Source: an uncultured Veillonellaceae bacterium | Lineage (GTDB): Bacteria; Bacillota; Negativicutes; JARBTT01 | DNA: 64,000 nt | Assembly (NCBI GenBank): GCA_963805085.1 | Contig: CAWDTA010000001.1 | Coordinates: 226,805 to 290,804, forward strand | Direction of reading: 5' to 3' | Part shown: positions 20,611 to 30,006 of the stretch, one piece after another | How the letters are laid out: each line of letters begins with the position of its first letter | Position numbering within the stretch: the first letter of the stretch is position 1 | Program-made: the position numbers and the translations under genes | The notes under the pieces: model-generated | Told to the model about the DNA's origin: nothing | The model's database searches: none | The model's input: only the letters and a program-made list of their open reading frames with translations

Positions 20611-21290
20611 ACTTAGACAATATTAAATTTGATGAACAAGGTCTTGTACCAGCGATTATTCAAGATGATCAAGGTCAAGTGTTGATGCTAGCCTATATGA
20701 ATAAAGTATCTTTAGAAAAAACAGTGGAAACAGGGCTTACTTGGTTTTATAGCCGTAGTCGTAAAGGTTTGTGGCAAAAAGGGGAAACTTCTGGCAATAT
20801 ACAAAAGGTAAAAGAAATTTCCTATGATTGTGACGGTGATACTTTATTGGTTAAAGTAGAACAAACAGGAGCAGCCTGCCATACGGGAACATACTCTTGT
20901 TTTAATCGTAATCTTGGCGAGAATGAAAGTAGTGTAGCCACTTTATTTGATGCAAATAAAGTCTATGGGCAATCCGTTTCGACCATTTTACATGACCTTT
21001 ATAATGTTATCAATGATCGTAAGCTTCATCCTAAAGAAGGTTCTTATACAAATTTCTTGTTTGAACATGGTCAAGATAAAATTTTGAAAAAAATCGGCGA
21101 AGAAGCAGCAGAAACAATTATCGCCTCGAAAAATATGGATAAAGAGGAGATCCTTTACGAAATGGGAGATCTTTGGTATCATTGTTTAGTGTTATTAGCT
21201 TTCCACAATATTTCGCCAAGTGAACTTTTGGGTGAATTACAAAATCGTAGAAGTGGTGGAGCGTATCATCAATTCGTAAAACCAGAATAG
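20607..21290 (+). CDS. hisI: Bifunctional phosphoribosyl-AMP cyclohydrolase / phosphoribosyl-ATP pyrophosphatase
   Basis: 227 aa. The N-terminal HisI part has LVPAIIQD and CHTG motifs. The C-terminal HisE part has EEAAETIIA. Confidence 0.92.
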   Translation: MNLDNIKFDEQGLVPAIIQDDQGQVLMLAYMNKVSLEKTVETGLTWFYSRSRKGLWQKGETSGNIQKVKEISYDCDGDTLLVKVEQTGAACHTGTYSCFNRNLGENESSVATLFDANKVYGQSVSTILHDLYNVINDRKLHPKEGSYTNFLFEHGQDKILKKIGEEAAETIIASKNMDKEEILYEMGDLWYHCLVLLAFHNISPSELLGELQNRRSGGAYHQFVKPE

Positions 21291-21306
21291 ACGGAGAGAA
21301 TAATTC

Positions 21307-22044
21307 ATGAAAAAAAATTTTGGAACAGAATTTATGGAGAGAACGCGTTGTGCGAATTTAGCACCAACGAATCGTGAAAAAGGACTGCCACAGCCGCCAA
21401 TAGAATTACCAGTCGAGGGCGCAGTCAAGTTGATTCATTTGCCAGAACCTGATTTACTGGTAGATAAAGAAGTAAACTTCTTAGAACTGATTGAACTTCG
21501 TACCAGTGTTCGTCAATACCAGCAAACGGATATTTCACTGAAAGATTTATCTTATTTACTTTGGTGTACACAGGGTGTCAAAATGGTAACACCATCTGGA
21601 AATGCAACATTGCGCAATGTGCCGTCCGCAGGAGCAAGGCATGCTTTTGAGACTTATTTGCTGATTAATCATATCGAAGGACTAGAGCCGGGCTTATATC
21701 GGTTTTTAGCTCTCGAACATTGTTTAATCGTAGTGGATTTGTCAGAGAAAGTAGCAGAGGAATTATCAGCCGCTTTTATGCAGCAAAAAATGATTCCCAT
21801 GAGTAGTGTTACATTCATTTGGACAGCGGTAGCAGAACGCATGGCGTATGCTTACGGCGAGCGAGCCTATCGCTATCTGCACTTAGATGCAGGTCACGTT
21901 TGCCAAAATTTATATTTAGCAGCGCAAACAATTAATTATGGAGCCTGTGCGATCGCACATTTTGACGATGAAAAATTAAATCAAGTGTTAAAAGTTGATG
22001 GCGAAAATCAATTTGCAATCTATGCGGCAAGCGTAGGTAAATAA
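21307..22044 (+). CDS. SagB-type dehydrogenase / nitroreductase superfamily protein
   Basis: 245 aa. The TSVRQY, RNVPSAGARHAFE and HLDAGHVCQNLYL segments are typical of this superfamily. It lies 17 nt after hisIE and before the terminator. Confidence 0.75.
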   Translation: MKKNFGTEFMERTRCANLAPTNREKGLPQPPIELPVEGAVKLIHLPEPDLLVDKEVNFLELIELRTSVRQYQQTDISLKDLSYLLWCTQGVKMVTPSGNATLRNVPSAGARHAFETYLLINHIEGLEPGLYRFLALEHCLIVVDLSEKVAEELSAAFMQQKMIPMSSVTFIWTAVAERMAYAYGERAYRYLHLDAGHVCQNLYLAAQTINYGACAIAHFDDEKLNQVLKVDGENQFAIYAASVGK

Positions 22045-22053
22045 GGTAAGCAC

Positions 22054-22097
22054 AAAAGCCAGCACCGGTTTTTCGTAACGGTTGCTGGCTTTTGTAG
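22054..22097 (+). terminator. Intrinsic terminator ending the his transcription unit
   Basis: AAAAGCCAGCACCG ... CGGTTGCTGGCTTTT stem followed by TTTTG. Confidence 0.85.
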
Positions 22098-22363
22098 TTA
22101 TTTTATTTTAGCTGTTTTTAAAAATTTTAGAAAAAAACACCATATGAACAAGTGTGATCATGCAAGCAAAGACAGCTTAGTTGTCTTTGCTCTGTAACAA
22201 AAAGGTTCGATAGTTACTAGAAATTCAAAAAAAACTGTAAACTCCCTTATTTTTCTTGCGATTTTTAAAAAAATTATATTGCTCAAATAGCCTTTTTAAG
22301 ATAATATTTATATGTTATAGTGTGAGTTTGCGTTTTGTATATTTATTGATAGTAGGTGGAATT

Positions 22364-24073
22364 GTGTATAGATACATTATTAAAATGAAATTACAGAAGT
22401 TTGCAAATGCAATCCAGAATGTTTTCCATGAAAATGTTGGTTTTATTATTGCACTCTTTTTGCTGAATTTTACGACAATGGCATGGTCGTTAATTTCGGA
22501 AGAAAAACTAGAGGTGATGACCAGTTACGGCTTTAGTTTATTTTTTGCTGCCTTTGGGGTTGCGGCTTTTGTCCAAATTCTTTATAATCCTATTTTAAAA
22601 AATCTAGTCAAAGCTGTTATCTTAACTATTACAGGCGTAATTTTTGTAATAGAGTTTTTTGCAATGTATAATTATAAAATTCTCATTGGAGCAGGGATTG
22701 TTAATTCGATTTTTGAAACCAATTATCGTGAAATGATAGAATTTTTTGAAATGTATCTAGGCTTTAAAGAATGCATTGGTGTGTTAGGTTTATTAGCTAT
22801 TATCTATTTTGTGAGGAAAAAGAATTTTACGTTTTGCAAGGTGAGCCATACGAAACCGAATAAAGTTGTTATGGGAATATTGGCGATCGGTTTTATTTAT
22901 ACGATCCGCATGGTATCAGTTTATGGTCAGTTTTTCACCGATCATCAATATTTGCCAATTCAAAGAGCCTATGCTTCGGCACAAGTAGCTTTTAAAAATA
23001 TGGAAGCGTATAATAATTTAACTTCTAGGTTAAATGATAAAATCGAATTAACCGAAAATAAAAGTAAGATAAAAAATGTTGTATTTATATTAGGTGAATC
23101 GACCAATCGTAATCATATGGGCTTATATGGATATCCATTACCAAATACCCCTAATCTGCAAAAAATGCAAGACGAACACAACTTGTATACATTTAGAGAT
23201 GTGATTAGCCCTCATTCAACGACAATCGCGGTACTAAGTGAATTGCTTACTTTTTGTCATTTAGAATCAGATAAAGATTGGTATGAATATAATAATATCG
23301 TAGATGTCATGAATGCCGCAGGATATAAAACTTTTTGGTTATCCAATCAAGAAAGTTCAGGTATTTGGGGGAACGTTGCGCAAATTTTTGCCCAACATAG
23401 TTCAAAGCATGAATTTACAAGGCTTCGAGATTCGCGCGAAGATTATGGGGTTGTGGATGGCGAACTATTTCCATTGATTGACCGTGCCTTACAAGAACGG
23501 CAAGATAAGAATTTCTTTGTGATTCATTTAATGGGAGAACACGGTTTGTATTATAATAGATTCCCGTATGCATTTTCTAAGTTTAACAAGGATGATGTAC
23601 CACTGAATGTGGATGATGAAAAGAAGACAATTGTTGCCCAATATGATAATGCAATCTATTATAATGATTACATTGTGAGTTCCATCATTGATAAATTTAA
23701 AGATGACGAAACACTTGTCATCTATGTATCCGATCATGGCGAAGCTGTTTATGATGAGTCTAGTTTTTCTGGGCACATTGAAGAAAATCCGAATCGTCAT
23801 ATGATTGAAATCCCAATGCTTATGTGGGCTTCTGACAAGTTTAAGGAACAGTATCCAGAAAAAGTACAACGGATTAGTAAAGCGGTAAATAGACCGTATA
23901 TGACGGATGATATGATTCATACCGTTTTAGATCTCACGGATATTAAAACAGCGGATTATGAAGCTAAGCGTAGTATAGTGAGCGACCAATTTGATCCAAC
24001 GAGAAAACGTATTTTTAACAAGAAAGATTATGATTTGGAAATTAAAAATGGTGAAGCTGCAAAAAGCGAATAG
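22364..24073 (+). CDS. Phosphoethanolamine transferase (sulfatase-family, EptA/CptA-like)
   Basis: Five N-terminal TM helices are followed by a sulfatase-type domain with LGESTNRNHMGLYGY. The start is uncertain: GTG 22364 after AGGTGGA, ATG 22385, or the ORF-track TTG 22256. Confidence 0.8.
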   Translation: MYRYIIKMKLQKFANAIQNVFHENVGFIIALFLLNFTTMAWSLISEEKLEVMTSYGFSLFFAAFGVAAFVQILYNPILKNLVKAVILTITGVIFVIEFFAMYNYKILIGAGIVNSIFETNYREMIEFFEMYLGFKECIGVLGLLAIIYFVRKKNFTFCKVSHTKPNKVVMGILAIGFIYTIRMVSVYGQFFTDHQYLPIQRAYASAQVAFKNMEAYNNLTSRLNDKIELTENKSKIKNVVFILGESTNRNHMGLYGYPLPNTPNLQKMQDEHNLYTFRDVISPHSTTIAVLSELLTFCHLESDKDWYEYNNIVDVMNAAGYKTFWLSNQESSGIWGNVAQIFAQHSSKHEFTRLRDSREDYGVVDGELFPLIDRALQERQDKNFFVIHLMGEHGLYYNRFPYAFSKFNKDDVPLNVDDEKKTIVAQYDNAIYYNDYIVSSIIDKFKDDETLVIYVSDHGEAVYDESSFSGHIEENPNRHMIEIPMLMWASDKFKEQYPEKVQRISKAVNRPYMTDDMIHTVLDLTDIKTADYEAKRSIVSDQFDPTRKRIFNKKDYDLEIKNGEAAKSE

Positions 24074-24088
24074 ATAAAAGGTTCAATA

Positions 24089-24136
24089 AAAGATAGGACT
24101 GTTACAATGTTTTGTAGCAGTCCTATCTTTTTTCAG
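24089..24136 (+). terminator. Intrinsic terminator
   Basis: AAAGATAGGACTGTTACA / TGTAGCAGTCCTATCTTT stem followed by TTTT. Confidence 0.85.
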
Positions 24137-24150
24137 TGCATATTTAAGGA

Positions 24151-24179
24151 TTGACAAAATTAATGATAAGTATTATCAT
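24151..24179 (+). promoter_or_regulatory. Sigma-A-type promoter of copA
   Basis: TTGACA (24151-24156), 17 nt spacer, TATCAT (24174-24179). Confidence 0.6.
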
Positions 24180-24182
24180 TAA
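24160..24182. promoter_or_regulatory. Perfect 10-bp-arm palindrome overlapping the copA promoter spacer and -10
   Basis: TTAATGATAA GTA TTATCATTAA. Confidence 0.4.
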
Positions 24183-24190
24183 TTAACACA

Positions 24191-24207
24191 ATACCCCCGT
24201 GAGGTGT
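24191..24207. promoter_or_regulatory. Probable CsoR operator
   Basis: ATACC-CCCGTGA-GGTGT is a GC-tract pseudo-palindrome resembling the ATACC...GGTAT CsoR boxes of Firmicutes. It lies just downstream of the copA -10, and csoR is encoded after copA. Confidence 0.55.
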
Positions 24208-24294
24208 TCTACATGCGGTTTCTATATTTGGATATGCTAGCAAATAAAATACACTATATTATTCCGCATTATATTGTGAGAAAGGAATAAAAAA

Positions 24295-26847
24295 ATGAAA
24301 AAGAAGTTTGACGTTACAGGAATGAGCTGTTCAGCTTGCTCGGCACATGTAGAGAAAAGTGTACGTAAGTTGGCTGGAATCAAAGAAGTTGCCGTAAATT
24401 TACTGGCCAATACTATGCAAGTTACTTATGAGGAAGAGCTGATTTCAGATCAAGAGATTTGTACTGCGGTAGTAGAAGCGGGATATGGTGCAACTGTCAG
24501 AGAAATGTTTTCTAATAAGCAAGAAAAGCCATCCAAGAAAAAACAAAATATTACACAAATCGAAATCAGTCATATGAAGTTTCGCTTGGTTGTATCGGTG
24601 ATTTTTTCTTTGCCGTTGATGTATATTTCCATGTCACATATGTTTTCTTTGCCTTTGCCAGCATTTTTTCATGGGACAGAAAATGCAATTACCTTTGCAT
24701 TCACCCAATTTTTATTAACGTTACCAATCCTATATGTTAATCGTAATTATTTTATCTTTGGCTATAAAACCTTAATCAAAGGGGCACCTAATATGGATGC
24801 GCTGATTGCAATTGGTTCATCAGCAGCCTTGCTCTATGGTGTTTTTGCAATTTATTACATCGGTTATGGTCTAGGCCATCAGGAGTTTGGCGTTGTAAGG
24901 CAGTATGTAGCTGATTTATATTTTGAATCAGCAGCGATGATTTTAACGTTAATTACCTTTGGTAAATTTCTTGAAATCAAATCAAAAGGGAAAACTTCAG
25001 AAGCCATTACGAAAATGTTGGATCTTGCCCCTAAAACTGCAGTGGTTTTGCGCAATGAACAAGAGCGCGAGGTGCCCATTGAAGAAGTGATCGTGGGAGA
25101 TATCGTTTTTGTAAAGCCTGGGCAAACTATTCCGGTTGATGGTACCGTTGTGACGGGAAGCTCGTTCGTTGATGAATCTGCACTTACGGGGGAAAGCATA
25201 CCTGTTGCCAAACAAAAAGAGGATAAAGTAATTGCGGCTACGATGAATAAAATGGGGGCACTGAAAATAATAGCGACAAAGGTTGGCAATGATACGACAC
25301 TAGCCCAGATTATTCAATTGGTAGAAGAAGCAAGTTCGAGTAAAGCACCAATCGCGAAGCTAGCCGATCAGATTAGTGGGATTTTTGTACCAACGGTTAT
25401 TACGATTTCTATCTTGGCGACAATCGGGTGGCTAATGGCGGGTGCAACATTTGATTTTGCCTTATCGATTGGCATCGCGGTACTCGTAATATCTTGTCCT
25501 TGCGCGCTGGGGCTGGCAACGCCGGTCGCAATTATGGTTGGTACAGGAAAAGGTGCAGAGCGAGGAATTTTAATTAAATCGGCAGAAAGTTTAGAAACAG
25601 CACATAAAGTCGATACTGTTGTTTTGGATAAAACAGGTACGATTACGCAAGGTAGACCAAAAGTAACAGATGTTATTTTTGGTTCAGATATAAACGAGAA
25701 TGAACTGTTACAGATTGCAGCATCTCTGGAGAAACAATCGGAACATCCATTATCTATCGCAATCGTAGAATACGCTGAGAGTCAAGCAATTACACTTTTG
25801 ATAGTTGAGGAATTCCAAGCTGTCCTTGGACAAGGAATTCAAGGGAAAATAGGCGGAACGCAATTTTTTGCTGGTAATATAAAATATATGCAGGAAAATC
25901 ATGTGGCTATAGCGTCCTTTTTAGAAAAAGGCGATGCATTGGCTGGAAATGGCAAGACACCACTTTATTTTGCAAATGATAAGGTGATCCTAGGCATCAT
26001 TGCTGTTGCTGATATTGTAAAACCAACGAGTAAGGCAGCAATACAGCAAATGATGGAACAGGGGATTGAAGTTATTATGCTGACGGGCGATCATCAACGT
26101 ACAGCAGAAGCGATTCAAAGAGAAGTTCATATTTCAAAGATCATTGCCGAAGTATTACCGCAAGATAAAGAAAATGTCATTCGTAAACTACAAGAGCAAG
26201 GGAAGAAAGTCGCAATGGTTGGTGACGGTATTAATGATGCACCAGCATTGGTCAGAGCAGATGTAGGGATTGCTATTGGTGCTGGTGCTGATATTGCGAT
26301 GGAATCAGCTGATATTGTCTTAATGAAGAGTGATTTACTCGACGTAGTAACTGCACTGGAACTTAGTAAAGCGGTGATAAAGAATATTAAAATGAATTTA
26401 TTTTGGGCATTTTTTTATAACATCATCGGTATTCCATTGGCTGCAGGCGTATTTTATACATTCTTAGGCTGGAAGCTAAATCCAATGTTTGGTGCTGCGG
26501 TGATGAGTATGAGTTCAGTATGTGTTGTATCAAATGCGTTACGATTAAAATTATTTAAACCATCCCGGGATCGACAAAAAGTTGAAGGACAAGCAAATTT
26601 TATAAATTTAAATCAAAATGAAAAGGAAGAGAGAAAAATGAAAAAAATTATAAGTATTGAAGGCATGATGTGTAATCATTGTAAAAAGAATGTAGAAAAG
26701 ATTTTAGGAGACCTTGATGGCGTGGTAAGCGTGGTAGTGAGCTTAGAAGGAAAATCTGCGACACTAGAACTTTCCAAAGACGTAAGCAATGAATTGTTAA
26801 CGCAAACAATTCTTGATGCTGATTATCAAGTAGTATCCATTAAATAG
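24295..26847 (+). CDS. copA: Copper-translocating P1B-type ATPase with N- and C-terminal HMA domains
   Basis: 850 aa. It has an N-terminal GMSCSAC, a CPC motif (SCPCALGLATP), DKTGT, GDGINDAP, and a C-terminal second HMA domain (MMCNHCKKNVEK). Confidence 0.93.
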   Translation: MKKKFDVTGMSCSACSAHVEKSVRKLAGIKEVAVNLLANTMQVTYEEELISDQEICTAVVEAGYGATVREMFSNKQEKPSKKKQNITQIEISHMKFRLVVSVIFSLPLMYISMSHMFSLPLPAFFHGTENAITFAFTQFLLTLPILYVNRNYFIFGYKTLIKGAPNMDALIAIGSSAALLYGVFAIYYIGYGLGHQEFGVVRQYVADLYFESAAMILTLITFGKFLEIKSKGKTSEAITKMLDLAPKTAVVLRNEQEREVPIEEVIVGDIVFVKPGQTIPVDGTVVTGSSFVDESALTGESIPVAKQKEDKVIAATMNKMGALKIIATKVGNDTTLAQIIQLVEEASSSKAPIAKLADQISGIFVPTVITISILATIGWLMAGATFDFALSIGIAVLVISCPCALGLATPVAIMVGTGKGAERGILIKSAESLETAHKVDTVVLDKTGTITQGRPKVTDVIFGSDINENELLQIAASLEKQSEHPLSIAIVEYAESQAITLLIVEEFQAVLGQGIQGKIGGTQFFAGNIKYMQENHVAIASFLEKGDALAGNGKTPLYFANDKVILGIIAVADIVKPTSKAAIQQMMEQGIEVIMLTGDHQRTAEAIQREVHISKIIAEVLPQDKENVIRKLQEQGKKVAMVGDGINDAPALVRADVGIAIGAGADIAMESADIVLMKSDLLDVVTALELSKAVIKNIKMNLFWAFFYNIIGIPLAAGVFYTFLGWKLNPMFGAAVMSMSSVCVVSNALRLKLFKPSRDRQKVEGQANFINLNQNEKEERKMKKIISIEGMMCNHCKKNVEKILGDLDGVVSVVVSLEGKSATLELSKDVSNELLTQTILDADYQVVSIK

Positions 26848-26867
26848 TTGGTTTGGAGGGCGATTCT

Positions 26868-27131
26868 ATGAAAGCTGATCTTGGCAAGGTTAACCGTCTC
26901 TTAAAGACGGCAAGAGGTCAGATTGACGGTATATTGAAAATGGTTGAGGAAGATCGCTATTGCATTGATATTTTTAATCAAGTATTGGCAACTCGGTCGT
27001 TACTAAACTCAGTGAACAAAGAAATTATGCATGGGCATATGGAGCATTGTGTGAAACAAGCCTTTGAGGAAGGTAAAGAAAAAGAAAAAATCGAAGAAAT
27101 TTTAGCGATTATGGATAAGTTAACAAAATGA
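26868..27131 (+). CDS. csoR: Copper-sensing repressor, CsoR family
   Basis: ATG 26868 follows GGAGGG. The sequence RLLKTARGQIDGILKMVEEDRYCIDI ... HGHMEHC provides the Cys-His-Cys ligand pattern of the CsoR/RcnR family. Confidence 0.88.
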   Translation: MKADLGKVNRLLKTARGQIDGILKMVEEDRYCIDIFNQVLATRSLLNSVNKEIMHGHMEHCVKQAFEEGKEKEKIEEILAIMDKLTK

Positions 27132-27132
27132 A

Positions 27133-27172
27133 GGAAGAAGTTATTGCCAAAGGGCGATAACTTCTTTTTGTT
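27133..27172 (+). terminator. Intrinsic terminator
   Basis: AAGAAGTTATTGCC / GGCGATAACTTCTT stem followed by TTTG. Confidence 0.8.
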
Positions 27173-27242
27173 TGCTCAAAAACGCGAGTCATAGTAAAAT
27201 GAAAATAGATTGTAATTTTTGAACGGAAGAGGTCGGTTTTAA

Positions 27243-28238
27243 ATGAATACATTACCTAACATAAAGATATTAGCGATGGGGGGAACAATTGCAGGAAGTG
27301 CCGCAGATGATACAGATATGACAGGATATCAAGCGGGAGTACTAAACATAGAACTACTACTTGCAGCGATTCCTCAAATCAAGCAGTACGCCAAAGTAGA
27401 TGGGCAGCAAGTTTGTGATATCGATAGTTGCGATATGACGGAAGAAATTTGGTTTCAATTGGCAGCCAAGGTGAATACACTATTGCTGGATGAAGCGATT
27501 GACGGTGTTGTTATCACCCATGGGACCGATACTTTAGAAGAGACAGCGTACTTTTTAAATTTAGTAGTAACAAGTGAAAAACCTGTTGTGATGGTTGGTG
27601 CAATGCGACCAGCAACGGCGATGAGTGCCGATGGACCCATTAATTTGCTAAATGCAGTTAGATTAGCTGCCAGTAAAGAGGCATTTGGTAAAGGGGTTTT
27701 AGTGGCGATGAATGATGAAATTCATGGCGCACGGGATGTAACTAAGACCAATACAGCAAATGTTAGTACGTTCAAAGCATGGGAATTGGGCGTTTTAGGC
27801 TATATGAACAACGGTAAGGCGAATTTTTATCGGATGACAACGCGGAAACATACGAAAAAGAGCGAATTCTCATTGGCTGGCTTGACGAATCTTCCACAAG
27901 TGGAGATTGTGTATGCGCATGCGAACCAGAATCGCTGCATCATTGATGCTATCGTTCGTGCTGGCGTAAAGGGAATCATTTATGCTGGTATGGGAAATGG
28001 TGGTATTCATATGAATGCTGAAGCTGGCTTAATTGATGCGGCAAAAGAAGGCATCGTAGTTGTACGAAGCTCTCGATGCGGTAATGGATGCGTAGTCGCT
28101 TCGAATCATAAATGGGAAGAACTCCAATTTATCAAGGCTGATTCTTTAAACCCGCAGAAGGCTCGTATATTATTAGCATTGGCTTTAACAAAAACAAAGG
28201 ACGTAATAGAAATACAGCGTATGTTTGATGAATATTAA
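27243..28238 (+). CDS. L-asparaginase (type II-like fold)
   Basis: 331 aa. Motifs ILAMGGTIAG and THGTDTLEETAYFL are present. I see no obvious signal peptide. Confidence 0.88.
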   Translation: MNTLPNIKILAMGGTIAGSAADDTDMTGYQAGVLNIELLLAAIPQIKQYAKVDGQQVCDIDSCDMTEEIWFQLAAKVNTLLLDEAIDGVVITHGTDTLEETAYFLNLVVTSEKPVVMVGAMRPATAMSADGPINLLNAVRLAASKEAFGKGVLVAMNDEIHGARDVTKTNTANVSTFKAWELGVLGYMNNGKANFYRMTTRKHTKKSEFSLAGLTNLPQVEIVYAHANQNRCIIDAIVRAGVKGIIYAGMGNGGIHMNAEAGLIDAAKEGIVVVRSSRCGNGCVVASNHKWEELQFIKADSLNPQKARILLALALTKTKDVIEIQRMFDEY

Positions 28239-28364
28239 GCCGAGCATAAATAGAGGAAAAAAATAATTCTAGCTAGTCAATATAACTCTGATTGGCTTTC
28301 TTCAGAATTTGTATTTATTTTGTCGAAACTTTATGATAAAACAGACACATTAAGGAGCTTTGCT

Positions 28365-29651
28365 ATGGAAAATCAAGGGAAAAATAAAACTACAACTACT
28401 AAAAAGCAGGTAAAAGGTAGTTCACGCAAAACTTCAAGTAAACGGCCGTGGGCAGTGCTTGGTATCGCAATGCTGCTGGTTGGTACTTATTTTTATTTTA
28501 TTAATTATGAGAATAAAGATAAAGAGAGAGCAATGGAGCAAATCCAGAATTATACGATAGAAAAAACAGGCGCTGGCACAAATGCTAATTTTACAGAAAA
28601 AACAAAGCAAATCCATACTGTTGTTGATAAAGTATTGCAAGATAAGAATGTGACGGTGCTTGATACAACGCAAGCCAGTAAGACGGTCAAACGACAGAAA
28701 ATAGAAGGAAACATTTCCTGGAATGCACGGCAAATGCCAGTTTCGATTGCAAATGGTGCTGTAGACGAATTGAGAGCTGCTCTTGATAAAGCGTTAAATA
28801 AAATTGGTGCAAAGATTATAAACACAGAACCAGATCAATATAATGGAAATGCAGTCATGCGATTGGATATTGGTATTGAAGATGAACTTGATGGAGATCA
28901 AGTCACAATTATCGCCGATAAATTGTATGTAATGCAGAAAAAAACTTCGTTGACAGATAAATCTCCTCCTCCAGCAAGCAAAGGTGGAAGTAAGGCAAAA
29001 TTAGCGCTTGTGATTGATGATTTTGGCTATACAGAAGAGCCAATCAATGCGTATGAAGGTATTGATCGGCCATTGACTTTTGCGATATTACCCAATCACC
29101 CCTACAGTAAAGAAGCCGCAAATCGTGGCTATAAAAGTGGTCGCCAGATTATTTTGCATTTACCAATGGAAGCAATGAGCAGTGCGGCAAAGGTAGAAGT
29201 ACAAACGATTAATGTGAATATGAGTGATGCTGAAATAAGAGCAATGGTCAATGAATTAACAGAAGCAGTGCCGCATATTATTGGTGTGAATAATCATCAA
29301 GGTTCAAAAGCAACTTCAAATCAACAGGTTATGAAAGTTGTTTTAAATGAACTTGCAGGTAAGGGATTATTTTTTATCGACAGCAAAACAATTGCGAGCT
29401 CAATTGCTTATGATACCGCAAGGGCAGTTGGTGTTAAAACTGGAGAAAATAAAATTTTTCTTGATAATAGTAGTGATGTAGATGAAATAAAAAAACAATT
29501 GCGGCAAGCGGGAAATATTGCTTTGAAAAATGGCAGCGCAATTGCAATAGGCCATGCACGTTTAAATACGGCAAAAGCAATCAAGGAACTTATTCCTGAA
29601 TTAGAAGCACAAGGGATAGATTTTGTATTTGCCTCGGAACTGCTAAAATAA
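28365..29651 (+). CDS. Divergent polysaccharide deacetylase family protein (YibQ-like) with an N-terminal membrane anchor
   Basis: ATG 28365 follows AAGGAG; the ORF track starts at TTG 28320. It has a Lys-rich N-terminus and one TM helix. The C-terminal half (LALVIDDFGY, FAILPNHPYS, NNHQGSKAT) is typical of the YibQ family. Confidence 0.75.
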   Translation: MENQGKNKTTTTKKQVKGSSRKTSSKRPWAVLGIAMLLVGTYFYFINYENKDKERAMEQIQNYTIEKTGAGTNANFTEKTKQIHTVVDKVLQDKNVTVLDTTQASKTVKRQKIEGNISWNARQMPVSIANGAVDELRAALDKALNKIGAKIINTEPDQYNGNAVMRLDIGIEDELDGDQVTIIADKLYVMQKKTSLTDKSPPPASKGGSKAKLALVIDDFGYTEEPINAYEGIDRPLTFAILPNHPYSKEAANRGYKSGRQIILHLPMEAMSSAAKVEVQTINVNMSDAEIRAMVNELTEAVPHIIGVNNHQGSKATSNQQVMKVVLNELAGKGLFFIDSKTIASSIAYDTARAVGVKTGENKIFLDNSSDVDEIKKQLRQAGNIALKNGSAIAIGHARLNTAKAIKELIPELEAQGIDFVFASELLK

Positions 29652-29658
29652 AAATATA

Positions 29659-29687
29659 TTGACAAATATCCAATAAAATAATACTAT
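29659..29687 (+). promoter_or_regulatory. Sigma-A-type promoter of the riboswitch-pel transcription unit
   Basis: TTGACA (29659-29664), 17 nt spacer, TACTAT (29682-29687). Confidence 0.6.
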
Positions 29688-29717
29688 AAGCTCGTATACT
29701 GTTTGAATTGGTAAAAT

Positions 29718-29805
29718 TTTATTGGCAAACTTGTTGAAAAGTAAGGGCGCAAAGCTATGGGTCTAACGGTTTATATAATGAACTTACGACTGCCAGGTTA
29801 CAGAC
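29718..29805 (+). promoter_or_regulatory. c-di-GMP-I (GEMM-I) riboswitch aptamer
   Basis: The sequence is GGCAAAC-UUGUU-GAAA-AGUAAG-GGCGCAAAGCUAUGGGUCU...ACGACUGCCAGGUUAC. The hallmark blocks GGCAAAC, a GNRA-capped 6-bp hairpin, CGCAAAGC, GGGUCU and GAC-nn-GCC-GGUUAC occur in the order and spacing I recall for clostridial and Vibrio GEMM-I RNAs. One deviation is GGGCGC instead of GGACGC. Confidence 0.75.
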
Positions 29806-29836
29806 ATCAACTGTCTAACCTAGCAGTCTTTTTTAT
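29790..29836 (+). terminator. Intrinsic terminator forming the riboswitch expression platform
   Basis: CTGCCAGGTTACAG (29790-29803) pairs with CTGT-CT-AACCTAGCAG (29811-29826). That gives 13 bp with one mismatch and a 2-nt bulge, followed by TCTTTTTTATTATT. The 5' arm is shared with the 3' strand of the aptamer. Confidence 0.75.
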
Positions 29837-30006
29837 TATTAGGGAACAAGTCGATTTTTAAGGTGAGACACGATGGAATAAGACGTTGTGAAAAAATATT
29901 GGGTGGCTTTTATAGGAAAAATTTGGAATAGTTATTCATAAACAGTACAGTAAATAAGATCCCAAAATTATTCTTTAGATTTCTTGATAAAAGATAGGGG
30001 GATAAT

